Source: Mobula hypostoma (lineage: Eukaryota). From it: a stretch of DNA of 64,000 bases. The position numbers and the translations under genes were made by a program. The stretch is taken from the NCBI RefSeq assembly GCF_963921235.1, contig NC_086107.1, positions 100,690,001 to 100,754,000 of the forward strand. Reading direction: 5' to 3'. Shown here piece after piece: positions 1 through 10,479 of the stretch. Position 1 is the first letter of the stretch, and each line of letters starts with the position of its first letter. The notes beneath the pieces are model-generated. The model was not told where the DNA came from. It saw only the letters and a program-made list of their open reading frames with translations, and made no database searches.

Positions 1-250
1 TCACTTTACTAGCCTGTCACTATCTTTGTGATGTCTATTACTTTGAACCGTACTGCCAAGCTTTGTTTTGTTCACAGATTTGGAAATTGGGCATGTGACA
101 TTTAAGTCTAAGTCATTAATAAATATGAAGAAAAGCATTGCTCCTGGTACCAACCCTTGGCAATCATCACTGTGTACACTTCTCTCTAATCCAACCATTA
201 CCAAATGCACTTTGTCCTTGTCACTAAGCCAATTCAGTGCCTATAGGACT
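1..250 (-). mobile_element. Decayed CR1-type LINE RT fragment
   Basis: Minus-strand translation resembles CR1 RT (FFIFINDLD...ISKSVNKTKLG...DSDRLVK); compare the intact copy at 55820-55960. Confidence 0.6.
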
Positions 251-783
251 TTCACTGGTACTTCTTCAAGTCCAGAATGACATTGACTATTCATGGAACT
301 CCCTAATGGCATTGTCAGAATAATTCAATAGAAGATCAGTAATGATTCCAGAAGGTTTATCACCATCTTTTCAATTGCAAATAGGGGTAGGGAGTAGTGG
401 TGGGCAGGGTTCAGCATCATCTTACCAGAAAAGACCATGATGGCTTTCCAGGCAATCGCAATTCCTCATCTATTTCCCTGCTGAGTCTTTTGCCATCCAC
501 CTCTGAGTGCTCTAGTTTGCTCCCACAATCCCCACCTGGTGAGGTAGGGTTGGTAGCTCAGTTGGCTGTTGTAAATTGCCATTAGTGTGTAGGTGGATGG
601 CAAGAGAATCGGTGGGAGGTTACTGAGCATGTAGAATGTGCAAAATCCACACGAGACAACAAGACCCAGATGTTAAAACCAAACCTGGATTGCTGGAACT
701 GAGCCATACTACCTCCAGCCTCACTGTACTGTTCAGTGGTTCTTGGAGAGCTAGAAAGCAATAGGTCACACCCATCATAAATA

Positions 784-816
784 GTGTGTGTGTGTGTGTG
801 TGCGCGCGCGCGCGCG
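784..816. repeat. (TG)n(CG)n alternating purine-pyrimidine microsatellite
   Basis: gtgtgtgtgtgtgtgtgtgcgcgcgcgcgcgc, read directly from the sequence. Confidence 0.95.
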
Positions 817-958
817 CCCTTAACTCCTGGTGGAGTTGTCGGGTCGCCGACAAGCTTTTTTGGTATGCTCATTGTACGGCGTGTCTTGGGCATCTGAAAT
901 GAACTTGAGACCTCTTGCCCTGAAGTCCAGCGCTGATGCCACTACGCCACCAGCCGGC
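817..958 (-). mobile_element. tRNA-derived SINE
   Basis: Minus strand begins GCCGGCTGGTGGCGTAGTGGCATCAGCG (Pol III A-box), has a degenerate B-box-like AAGTTCATTTC, and ends in the microsatellite at 784-816. Confidence 0.6.
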
Positions 959-1068
959 GTTAATAGGACTGAGATCAATTTGCTCATTGTCTTCCATAAC
1001 AACTACAGCTTTGTTTTGTCTTCCATAATAACTACAGCTTTCTAATTGTATTGTTTTTATTCACCCAG

Positions 1069-1113
1069 GCTCACACACTGGATAACATTGCTTATATCAT
1101 GCCAGGACTTTGA
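1069..1113 (+). CDS. HMGXB4: HMG box domain-containing protein 4, last coding exon (AHTLDNIAYIMPGL*)
   Basis: Branch-like ttctaat, pyrimidine tract and acceptor ttcacccAG end at 1068. The phase-0 exon translates to AHTLDNIAYIMPGL-TGA, matching the conserved HMGXB4 C-terminus (..NTLDNIAYIMPGL). It lies just upstream of TOM1, as in other vertebrates. Confidence 0.9.
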   Translation, partial: AHTLDNIAYIMPGL

Positions 1114-4100
1114 CCTTGAGAGATGTTTGGGACTGGATCAATAGCAGAAAACTGAATATATTGTAGATAAAGATTGTTCACTGCTGAATAGCATGTTTGA
1201 ATTGTACCCTTTCCTATAGTACTGTAATTATTGTTAAATGTTGTAAAAAAACCTGCTTTGAAATAGTTGAGACAAGACAAGCCCAGGAGCATGCTGGGAA
1301 GAAGGTGCATTTCTTGAAGGGATCATTGAGTTTAACGTTGATCTACCAGGGATCACTAATGCCAAATATGAACGCCAATGCTGGACCACCTTCTGCTAAA
1401 ACATAATTGTTTCCACGGGTATGCATCATTTTGTAAGTTGGTAATGCTAAATGTAAAAAAAAAACACACCTCCAATTCTGGAATAGAAGAAAACACTGGA
1501 AACATTTAACAGGTTATTCACCAACTAAAGAACAAAGTAAGAGGGTGCTGTGATGAAAGGTCACAGCTAAAGTGCCAAACCCACCTTTTGTTTCAGTTGA
1601 TGAGCAACCTGTTGTGGACTTGCAGTGTTTTGTATTTTATTTCATTATTTTATAGCACTGAAAATGCAGCTTCTCAATGGTTCCTGCTCATTCCTTGTGA
1701 TAAACGGCCTTCAAATGGGCTCTGTTCAGTTGTCTTGTGGACTTGTCCTCTGGTAAAGTGCCCATTGTGAAGGCATTTAGCTGAGGAACATAATATTCTG
1801 TGGAATTACTATTATCCATGACTGATTTTACTACTTCAAAATAATTCTAAAACCTGATTTGAGCAAGCTGAATCCTGTATAATTGCGTCTGTCTATCTTG
1901 CATTTACTTGTGAATCCTTGCCTCCTCCGGTCCTGTGCAACCTAACTAGAATGAAAACAGCAAATGATGGAAATTCTCAGCAGGTCAGGCAACATCTGTG
2001 GAGAGAGGAGCAGAGTTATCCATTTCAGATTGATGATCTTCTGTCAGAATTTGACTGGTACCTGGTTCTGAAGTGTCTCAACAGTGAATATCATATTTGA
2101 TCTAATCAAATCTTTAGCAGTTTGCAAATATGCACTTCTCAGCTGGATCATTGGGTGGTGGTCAGGAGAGAGACTGTTGACCTTTTAGAGTATTCCATAC
2201 TGCCTTTTGTGCCTATATAGCTCTCCGAAAGTGCTATCCAATCATTCTGATTCCCTTGTCCTTTTTCATTGTCCATATCTTACCCTATCAAATTTTACTT
2301 TTCAAGCAGTAAATACAGATCTTCAATCTGCTGAATTAAAAAAATTACTTTTAATACCTTGCCAACTATTTTCTGTCTGCATTTACTAGTTGATGTTTCT
2401 TATGCTACTAGTAATGTATTTTAATTTCACCAATAAAATTCAACTCTTCTGATCCAAGGACAATTCAAAATTCTCAAGTTTTTCCATATGCTAAAGTACC
2501 ACATTCAGGCTCCTATTCTATTAAATCTCTCTTCTAAAGTTTTTCTCCCCCTTCAACTGAGGGCCTTGTCATCACCCTTGTTTTTTAAAAATTTCTGTGT
2601 GAACATTATAGCACATTAAAGAAGTGGCATTATATATTGTATTTTCAGAATATCTTAGTAGCTCCAGTAATAAATAACCCATTTCACTAATTGGTGTTGT
2701 GTGCAGGACTAGGAGGTTCAGTGGGTTAAATGCTGCTGTGACAACATTCAGTATTTTATAAATTTATGATATTTCTCAATTTAAAGTAGCTATATATTTG
2801 CTGTGATGCTCTGTATTGGAAGGAAAGTAATAATATTTCCTATTTACTGTACAGTGTTCTTTCCTCCAAACTTTACTTTAGTAAGGTCAATATGTCTGAA
2901 ACTTTTGTACAGCCTCTGTAGCCTATAAACAACTATATAAAAGTCATTAACCTTCAGCATGGAATTCATCCCATGTTGAAAAAGCTACACGCATTGAGAG
3001 ATTGATACATTCAAAGCTCATGATTTTGTCCTTTGTAATAATTTAAAACATCAAAAATTGTGTTAAACAGGCTCTGAACTATTTCAGTGATTAGTACCAT
3101 TTGTAACAGTACTTAGTTATTTAATTTGTTTGCAAGCAACATGATTGTCCCACTGTAAAGCTTGGTAGTTTCCCAGTATTTCCCTAACGGTTATATTACT
3201 TTAAAACCATTAATTGTTTCCCAACCCAATGGAGGGAGTTGTGCTTGGATAAGATCAGTGAAACAGACCACAAAAGACCACCAGGGTCAAATGTTAACTG
3301 AAGAATTGTTGGCTGAACCACTATCACTATTTTCTACCATATCTTCAGTTAATTCACATTTTAATGAGTGATTTAAAAAAAATTCTCCTTGTAAGCCAAA
3401 TTTTTCATTTTCTCCCTCAATGCAACCAGATAGATGAATGCATGTGACTGCATGAGTCTCCCTATATGAAAATGCTTGTGCTACAAGTTGATTAGTATAA
3501 TCACTTGCTTCCTGGGAAACATTTTAAGGGATTAAATGCCATTCTCAATTTGAAGGTCTTTAATATTACTGTAAAAGATGAAACTTTAATTCTAGAAATG
3601 TGGGAATACATCTGGCCTGAACTTGCTTAGGCTCACCTGTGAGAAGCTGGGTATTTGTTGCGTCAAATCCATTTCAATAATAGTTAGTTGGATGAAAATA
3701 CGAACCTATCCAGTTTTTCCCTCAGTAGGTATTTCCTGTAACTGAAGTGGCATGATTTGAAAAGCACTTTTGTGTGTGTGAAACAACTTGTTTTACTTCC
3801 TTTGTAGGTAATTTTATTTTCACAGATTCAACTTGGATGTAAATTCAATTATGCTTTGCTGAGCTTTGAAGTATTTTTGGTCAATTAGTTTGGAGGGATG
3901 TAGAAATAAACAGGGGATGTTCATCCCCTGCTGTGCTACTTAATTATATTGTGACAGATCAGCATCTTAGGTTCCATCTGCATGCCGTGGTTCAGTAACC
4001 ATTAGTACTCTTACATAATAAAGGTATGTCAATTTCAGTTCTGAAACTTATAATTAATATGTTTTGTGGGAATGAGGGAGAGGCAGGAAGTTTCAGATTC

Positions 4101-5827
4101 CTGTTTTATTTTTTGTAAAGAAGTATTTTATGACAGTCCTAACTCTTATTTTTAAAGCTGGGCCACCCCCCCCCCCCCACCTTACATATTCTAGTCGCTA
4201 CTCTTACAACTTCCTTTTCTGCTTTCAGTGAAGTGCAATGTGTCCTCTGTAAGCACAGTCAGGAGATGGAGCAAGAGGTGACCCTTGATATCTAATTGTC
4301 CACAGATGAAGTAGCGCTTTCAAACTCTTCATGAAAAGTGCCGTACATTTACTCTGCTGTGCGGTAACACCATCTACAAGCAACAAATCCACAATTCAAA
4401 TTACTTGCATGCATTATTTTGAAGGCTTTTAACTTTCAGAGTACAAAGGAACTCCATACCCCAGAAGTTGCATTGCTGAGGAGGTACCAGTGTCCTATTT
4501 CCCTTCTGTACATATCAAGGCTAAATAATCTTTTGGCTTATTTATTGTAGCACGTGCATCTTTTACATCCAACAATTGTACCTTTAATAAGTGATGAGGT
4601 GTGTGAGACTAAATGTAATAGCAGTTAATTTGCAATACCTGGAACTTGCAGCGTAGAAGAATCCAAACAGCGGAGGGCACCAGATAAAGGGCTCCCCATA
4701 ACTCAACACGTCCAGATATTGAAAGTTCAGAATGTGGCCTGTCATCAAATTAATGAAATAAATTGGAGTGGAACATTCAGTAATGAAGAACAACTTTGAA
4801 AATAAAAGATAATCATCATTTAACCCACTGATAAGAAATGGGATCTGAGTGGGTGTTCTAGTGTTCTGTTCTATTGGAGTTTACTTGCAAATACTCTTCA
4901 CATTTCGGATCAGAATTTAGGGCTCAGCTCAAATAAAAACCTCTTTGTCTGGCTAGCTAAAATCAGACAACAGGGAAAGGAGAAATGTTGATTGATACTA
5001 TCAGGCTAAATCAATAGAAGAGATTTTTCGGATGGTATGTTTTGAAGCTGAGTAGGGAGATAATACCCCATATCCAATCTGGGAATTGTAACCTGCTGCT
5101 GGGTGATAAAAACCTACTTCTCTGCTCAAAAAAAAAACCACACTGAAATAAAACTAAATATGTAGCTTTCTATCACCAGTCCTCACTATGCATATCTCCC
5201 CCAGAAGAAACCACATGATAACAGTGAGATTTGCTGAACTGATTTTATCTTTTGTAGACATATAATTTGATTGGTCATATTGGTTTGTTTTCTGATACCA
5301 CCATTGAATTGTAAGATCTGTTTATATCCAGAACAATTATCTAGTACAGTCCTCCTAATAAGTTGGGCATTTCTCTTTTAAAGGTTTATATATGTGTGTT
5401 TATTGTATCTTTTTTTTTTAAAAAAGCAAAGATTTAGAATATTTGTTGTTTTTACTTTGAGCTTTTATAAAAAGTTCTTCCCGGTCTTTCTTGATTTGCA
5501 CACAGTAAACTGTAGCTGTACTGTATGCTATATAAATAGATCATGAGTTTTTGTATTCTTCAGTCTGTTTCTCGTTCTTTCAGTAAATTGTACCCATTGT
5601 TGATATTATTAGTAATGGAAACATAGGAAACACGGGTATAATAATACAGTGACTATTGGAAAGTTGATCTATCCAAAGTAACCAATTACACATTTATTAA
5701 TGCTTGAATGGTAAATAATATCAGTGATCATTTAAACGATGTCAGTCACAATTACACTGAAAACTATGTACATCAGCCACTAGATATAAGGCAGAGATTA
5801 ATGGGAAAGAAGACCTGAGTTCTTATC

Positions 5828-5925
5828 AACACACACAAAATGCTGGAGGAAATCAGTAGGCCAGGGAGCATCTGTGGAAAACAGTAAACCGTCAACATTT
5901 TGGGCCAAGACCCTTCATCAGGACT
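5828..5925 (-). mobile_element. Half copy of the hammerhead-bearing fold-back repeat
   Basis: Minus strand reads agtcCTGATGAagggtcttggcccaaaatgttgac, followed by the family arm (..atgctccctggcctactgatttcctccagcattttgtgtgtgtt). Confidence 0.75.
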
Positions 5926-6019
5926 CATAATTATTATAATGTTTTTCACATTTTCAGATGTACTTTTCAAGTGTACCTTTCACTTTTTTTGCGATAGTCC
6001 CTGCATCGAATTTGTTCCT

Positions 6020-6270
6020 GTGCAGTAATAACCATTCATGCAAAGATAAGATTAGTGACCCTCTCATTACCTCAGTGACTCTTAATGACCCTCATATGAT
6101 TGCTAGACCTTTAAACAACTCAGAGTTCATGCTGGAAGACTACCCACCGTGGAACAGAACTGAAGAAGCCTCTCTGATGAGTGGCAAAACATCTTCTAGA
6201 CAACACAGCAAGTCCATTTGCCTTGTTTTACTACAGCTTGATATAGATGACTAAGAACCTTCATAGACAG
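6020..6270 (+). mobile_element. Penelope-like element pseudo-LTR remnant with decayed hammerhead motif
   Basis: agaaCTGAAGAagcc...ggcaAAACATCttct at 6156-6197, followed by aagtccatttgc...gatgactaagaaccttcatagac, which resembles fish Penelope termini. Boundaries approximate. Confidence 0.5.
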
Positions 6271-8972
6271 ACCAGATGATCTGTTTTAGAAAAGTAGGGT
6301 GAGAAAATATATGCTCCAGACAAGGATTAACTCTGTGTTTCTTCAAATGAAAGCCCTGTTTGTTATCTCAAGTTGTCCTAAAAGAGTCTTTACTCCAGTA
6401 CTCAAATCTTCTCATAGTAACAACCAATATATCATTTGTCTGATGTAGGGCATTGTCTGCACTGCCTTGTCCAGCTCACACTTTCAGCAGGTTTGTGTTT
6501 TGAAGCCCAGTAATGAGTTTTTTTAAGTATCGATGGGACAGAGGGCTACCACCTTTGTTATTGAGTGAGAGGACAGGGAAAGACAGTAAATTAACTTGAG
6601 TACATCATCAAGTCAGAAAGAAACAAGGAAATAGGAAGAAACTAAACTGAAAAGAGGCAAAACAAAATAGTAAACAATCTAAAATTCAAAACTTTTGAAA
6701 TTGATGTCTGAAACAAGACTCAGGTAATTGATCATCGGGTCAAACAGTACAGAAACAGGCGCTACGATCCACTAAGTGAATGCTGACCACCAAGTGACTA
6801 TAGAAACATCTCATTTTATTTTTCTCATATTCCCATCAATTTCCCTGGATTATGTCTCTTACTTACAAGGGACAATTAGCAATAGCCAGTTAACCTGCTA
6901 ATCTACACATGGGAGGAAATCCACAGCTATTCAGGGAAAATGGAGACAAATCATAGGAAGACTGTGTAAACTACTCTCAGACAGAACCAATGGTCAGGAT
7001 TGAATATGGTTTGTTGGAGATGTGAGGTAGCAGATCCACCAGAAGTGCTGGTTTAATTGGACGTTGGCTTATCCCAACCTTGCTGCTGACTACAACCTGC
7101 GACTTGGGTTATATTTTCTTTATTTCTGCCTTGCGCTCAGTTTCATCTGGTCAGCCTTGGAAAGCATGACATAGCAAACTGCCTAATGGGAACAGGTGCT
7201 TGAATTTCACATCAGATAATTACCCAGTGATTGCCAATATCCTTACAATTTTTATCAAGCAGGTAATGCTAATACAGGTCAATTTAGTACAGGTGTTGGA
7301 TTAGAATCTTAAGGATGAAATGGCCATGTACTTGGATTAAAGAGAAAATAGCCAGGATAGCCAAGATAAATGCGATTGGAGTTTTAAGGTTGTAAATAAA
7401 ATCAGTTGACAAGAATTGCACATGAACTCTGGAAAAGATGTTCACAAGGTATTCAATGAGGAAATATTAAGTCATAAAGTGAAATAATTCCAAACAGGAT
7501 TTAGAATTGGAAAGCAAGAGGAAAACAAAAGATCAGAGCAGATTTTCAAGCTGCTTAGATGTGAATGACCTAAACTCCAATTTAGGTCATTCCTGCTCAC
7601 TGTGCAGGATCAACAATTGACAAGAACATCTGCAGGGAGTCCTTCAGATTATAAATACTGTATCAAGATAAGTGAAAATCAAAAATTGCAGATGTGGAAA
7701 CGTGAATTTAAAAACAAAATGCTGGAAATATTTAGCAGGCCAGGTGGCATTTAGAAGGGCAGAATTAATGTCTCAGTATAAAGATATTTTCTTTTTATTA
7801 TCAAATAACCAGCTTTTAATCGCTATGATGTAACATTAACAACAAAATTGCAAAGAAACCTTTTCACTGAACCAGCATAGGCTCGATGAGTTGAATGCCG
7901 TCCTATATTAAAATTAAGACTGATGAAAGAATACTAGATACAAGCAAGAAAGTGGTGGTGGGGGGTGAAGATACCATTGCAAGTGCAGTAGACTGAAAAG
8001 CGTTTTTTGTACTTCTGCATGATTTAATATTTAGACAATTGATTAGGATTTTAATTGATTGCAAATGTAATTGGCACTGATGAATTACCGTAGATTTTAA
8101 GGTGCCAAAACGAGTAATCCTATCAGTTTGTCAAATCAAAATTGCACTGGTGGGACTGCAACAATTGACTCATCCTGGCATCTCACCCTTTCCACAGAGT
8201 GTTATAGAATACATTCCACTTTCCTGGCTGAGTGCAATAGTAATAACCAAAAAAAAGCCCAACCATCCAAAACAAAGTACTATGCACTGCGCCATTACTG
8301 TAACTATTCATTCCTTCCAGCTCTGTTTCATCCTGACCACAGGAAAATGCACTGCAATTATTTTAGTAGCGTTATTCCGATGGCATCTCACAATCCCACA
8401 ATACACCACAATCGAATTCGAGAGCAGCAAGCTGAAGTAAATCATGAACAAAACTTATTCCCGTTACCCAAGTAGATATTTCCAATTTGATCCCTTTCCT
8501 TTCTTAAAAAAAATGGTCGAAATCTAATGCAATATAATTAAAGCTTCAGAGTGATCTGAAACATTAACGTCATTTCTCTTAGCATAAATGCTGCCTGACC
8601 CTTTGAGTATTTCCAGCATTTTTATTCCCCTTCAAGATATGTATTTCCAACCAAACAGAACAAACTCTTCTTTCAATGACCCCTTTGCTTGGCCTCCTGT
8701 GTCAAATGACCTCTTCCTCTGCCGCAAACCTTAAATTCATATCAAACCATAAAGGTTTATAACGTGGTCATTTGAAAAATCCTTGTCCATCTGCCCAAAA
8801 AATATGGACGGTTCAGGATCATCTCACTTTCCCCATTCTTTCTTTGCAGATTGCATTCTTTAAATATTCATAAAGTACTTAAAAAATAAAGGGACCTTCC
8901 TCCGCAGATCTAATTCATTTAAGATTGTGAACCCTAACTCCAGTTACCAGCTCCACCTGTTGCTCCCGTAAG

Positions 8973-8988
8973 ACTGCAGGGGGCGCTG
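8973..8988 (+). promoter_or_regulatory. Candidate CTCF-binding site
   Basis: actgcAGGGGGCGCtg matches the CTCF core consensus, about 300 bp upstream of the TOM1 ATG. Confidence 0.5.
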
Positions 8989-9284
8989 TATTATACACAA
9001 TGCCCACCCTCCGCCCCACGCCAAAACACTCCGTTGCAGCTTCCAAAAACAATGGGGCGTGACTAAAATGAAACGGAAAATATTAGTAAAAAGTAGTGGA
9101 TCCATTCCTTTATGGTCAGTATCGGTAATGTGAGTGGAGATCAGGGATTGATTATTTTGAAAGATATCTGATTTTGTCTCACCCTCTCACGACACCCAGT
9201 GCCCATGAGGCCTTGCGGTGGCGGTTAGCTCACGTGACCCGGGTCAGCTGACAGCTAGTGCGTTCGCTCTCTCGCTCGGCGGAG

Positions 9285-9336
9285 ATGGAGTTTCTCTACG
9301 GCAATCCCTTCAGCACCCAAGTCGGTCAGCGAGTTG
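9285..9336 (+). CDS. TOM1: TOM1 coding exon 1 (MEFLYGNPFSTQVGQRV, 52 nt, phase 1)
   Basis: ATG in gagATGg Kozak context; the GNPFS..VGQR motif of the TOM1-family VHS N-terminus; GTAAGG donor at 9337. Confidence 0.92.
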
Positions 9337-10224
9337 GTAAGGAACGCGATAGCGCACTAGCATGAAGCAGTGGGGAGGGTTCTGCTGAAAGCGGCAAAGC
9401 TGATTCACTTCAAACTCAATTTCAGAAGCTGTCAGTTGCATTGAGAAAGGATTTTGATGGCCAAAGTTCGGGCCACAAATGATTGACAACAACGCGGGCC
9501 AATGGGACGGTAGTGTTTTTGGTGTTAGCCAATGTGGCGTGCGATAGGCGGTGCTTATGAAGTTGATTGAAGGTTCCGGGTAAAGTGGGCGGACTTTTGA
9601 AGCTGTAGGTTTAGGGACCAGACTTAAAATGTTAAAACACTAGAAACTGCAGATTGTGGAACTTGAGGCCGCAAGCTACTGCTGGAGGAACTCAGCAGGT
9701 CAGGCAGCACCAGTGGGGGCAGTGTTGGGGTTGAGATCTGTAAACAAAAACACTACAGAGGTTGAAAATCTGAACCGAAAACCCGAATATTCGAGATTCT
9801 CAACTGGCCAGGCAATTTCTGTGCAGAGAGAAGAGCGAGAGCAGTTCCTTTTGGGTTGATGAACATTCAGATGAAAAGTCATCAAGCTGAAATGCTGTTC
9901 TGTTTCTAGAGGCTGCTTGACCTGAGTATCAACAGTTCTCTGTTTTACTAAAAATATTTATTTCAGGGATTCATTGAAAATTGTGCAATTAAAATACCCA
10001 GGGTTCTAATTTCACCATAGGCTTCATGTCATCTAGTCTTAAAAATACTCAGTGACTCAGCATCCACTGATTTCTGGTCTGGAGAATACTAAAGTTTAAT
10101 ATCCTTCTTAAAAGAAGAACTTCCTTGTTGCACCCCTTTTTATCCAGACCCTGTGTCACATCAGTGGGAATATCCTCAAGGCATCTACTCAATTGAATTC
10201 TCTCAGAACTCATTGTATCTTTTG

Positions 10225-10436
10225 TTTAGAGGTACAGCGCAGTAAAAGCCTCTTCTGCCCCACCGAGCCTGTGTAACCCAATTACACCCAGGTGACCAAT
10301 TAGCCTACTAACCTAATCATCTTTGAATGTGGAAGGAAACCCATACGGAGAACATACGTCCTTACAGGCAGTGGCGCGAATTGAACCCAGATCGTTAGCG
10401 CTGTAGTAGTGTTGTGCCAACCACTATGCTGCTGTG
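10225..10436 (-). mobile_element. tRNA-derived V-SINE-like element (HE1-like)
   Basis: Minus strand has an A-box-like gcagcatagtggttggc, a B-box GGTTCAATTC and the V-domain-like gggtttccttccacattcaaaga. Confidence 0.6.
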
Positions 10437-10479
10437 CAATCTTGACTGTTTTGAACCAATTCATCTTTTATTCAGAAAT

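Larger units (their letters stand above)
8960..9600 (+). promoter_or_regulatory. CpG-rich TOM1 promoter / exon 1 region
   Basis: Local CpG enrichment; GC boxes (ccgcccc ~9011, ggggcgtg ~9054, gggcgg ~9587); E-box TCACGTGAC 9230-9238; GTCAGCTGAC 9243-9252; CCAAT ~9499 and ~9529. Confidence 0.7.

Noticed and set aside
4229..4295. Exon-like segment after a good acceptor (EVQCVLCKHSQEMEQEVTLDI*)
   Set aside because: No recognisable homology, and it lies downstream of the HMGXB4 stop exon; likely chance.
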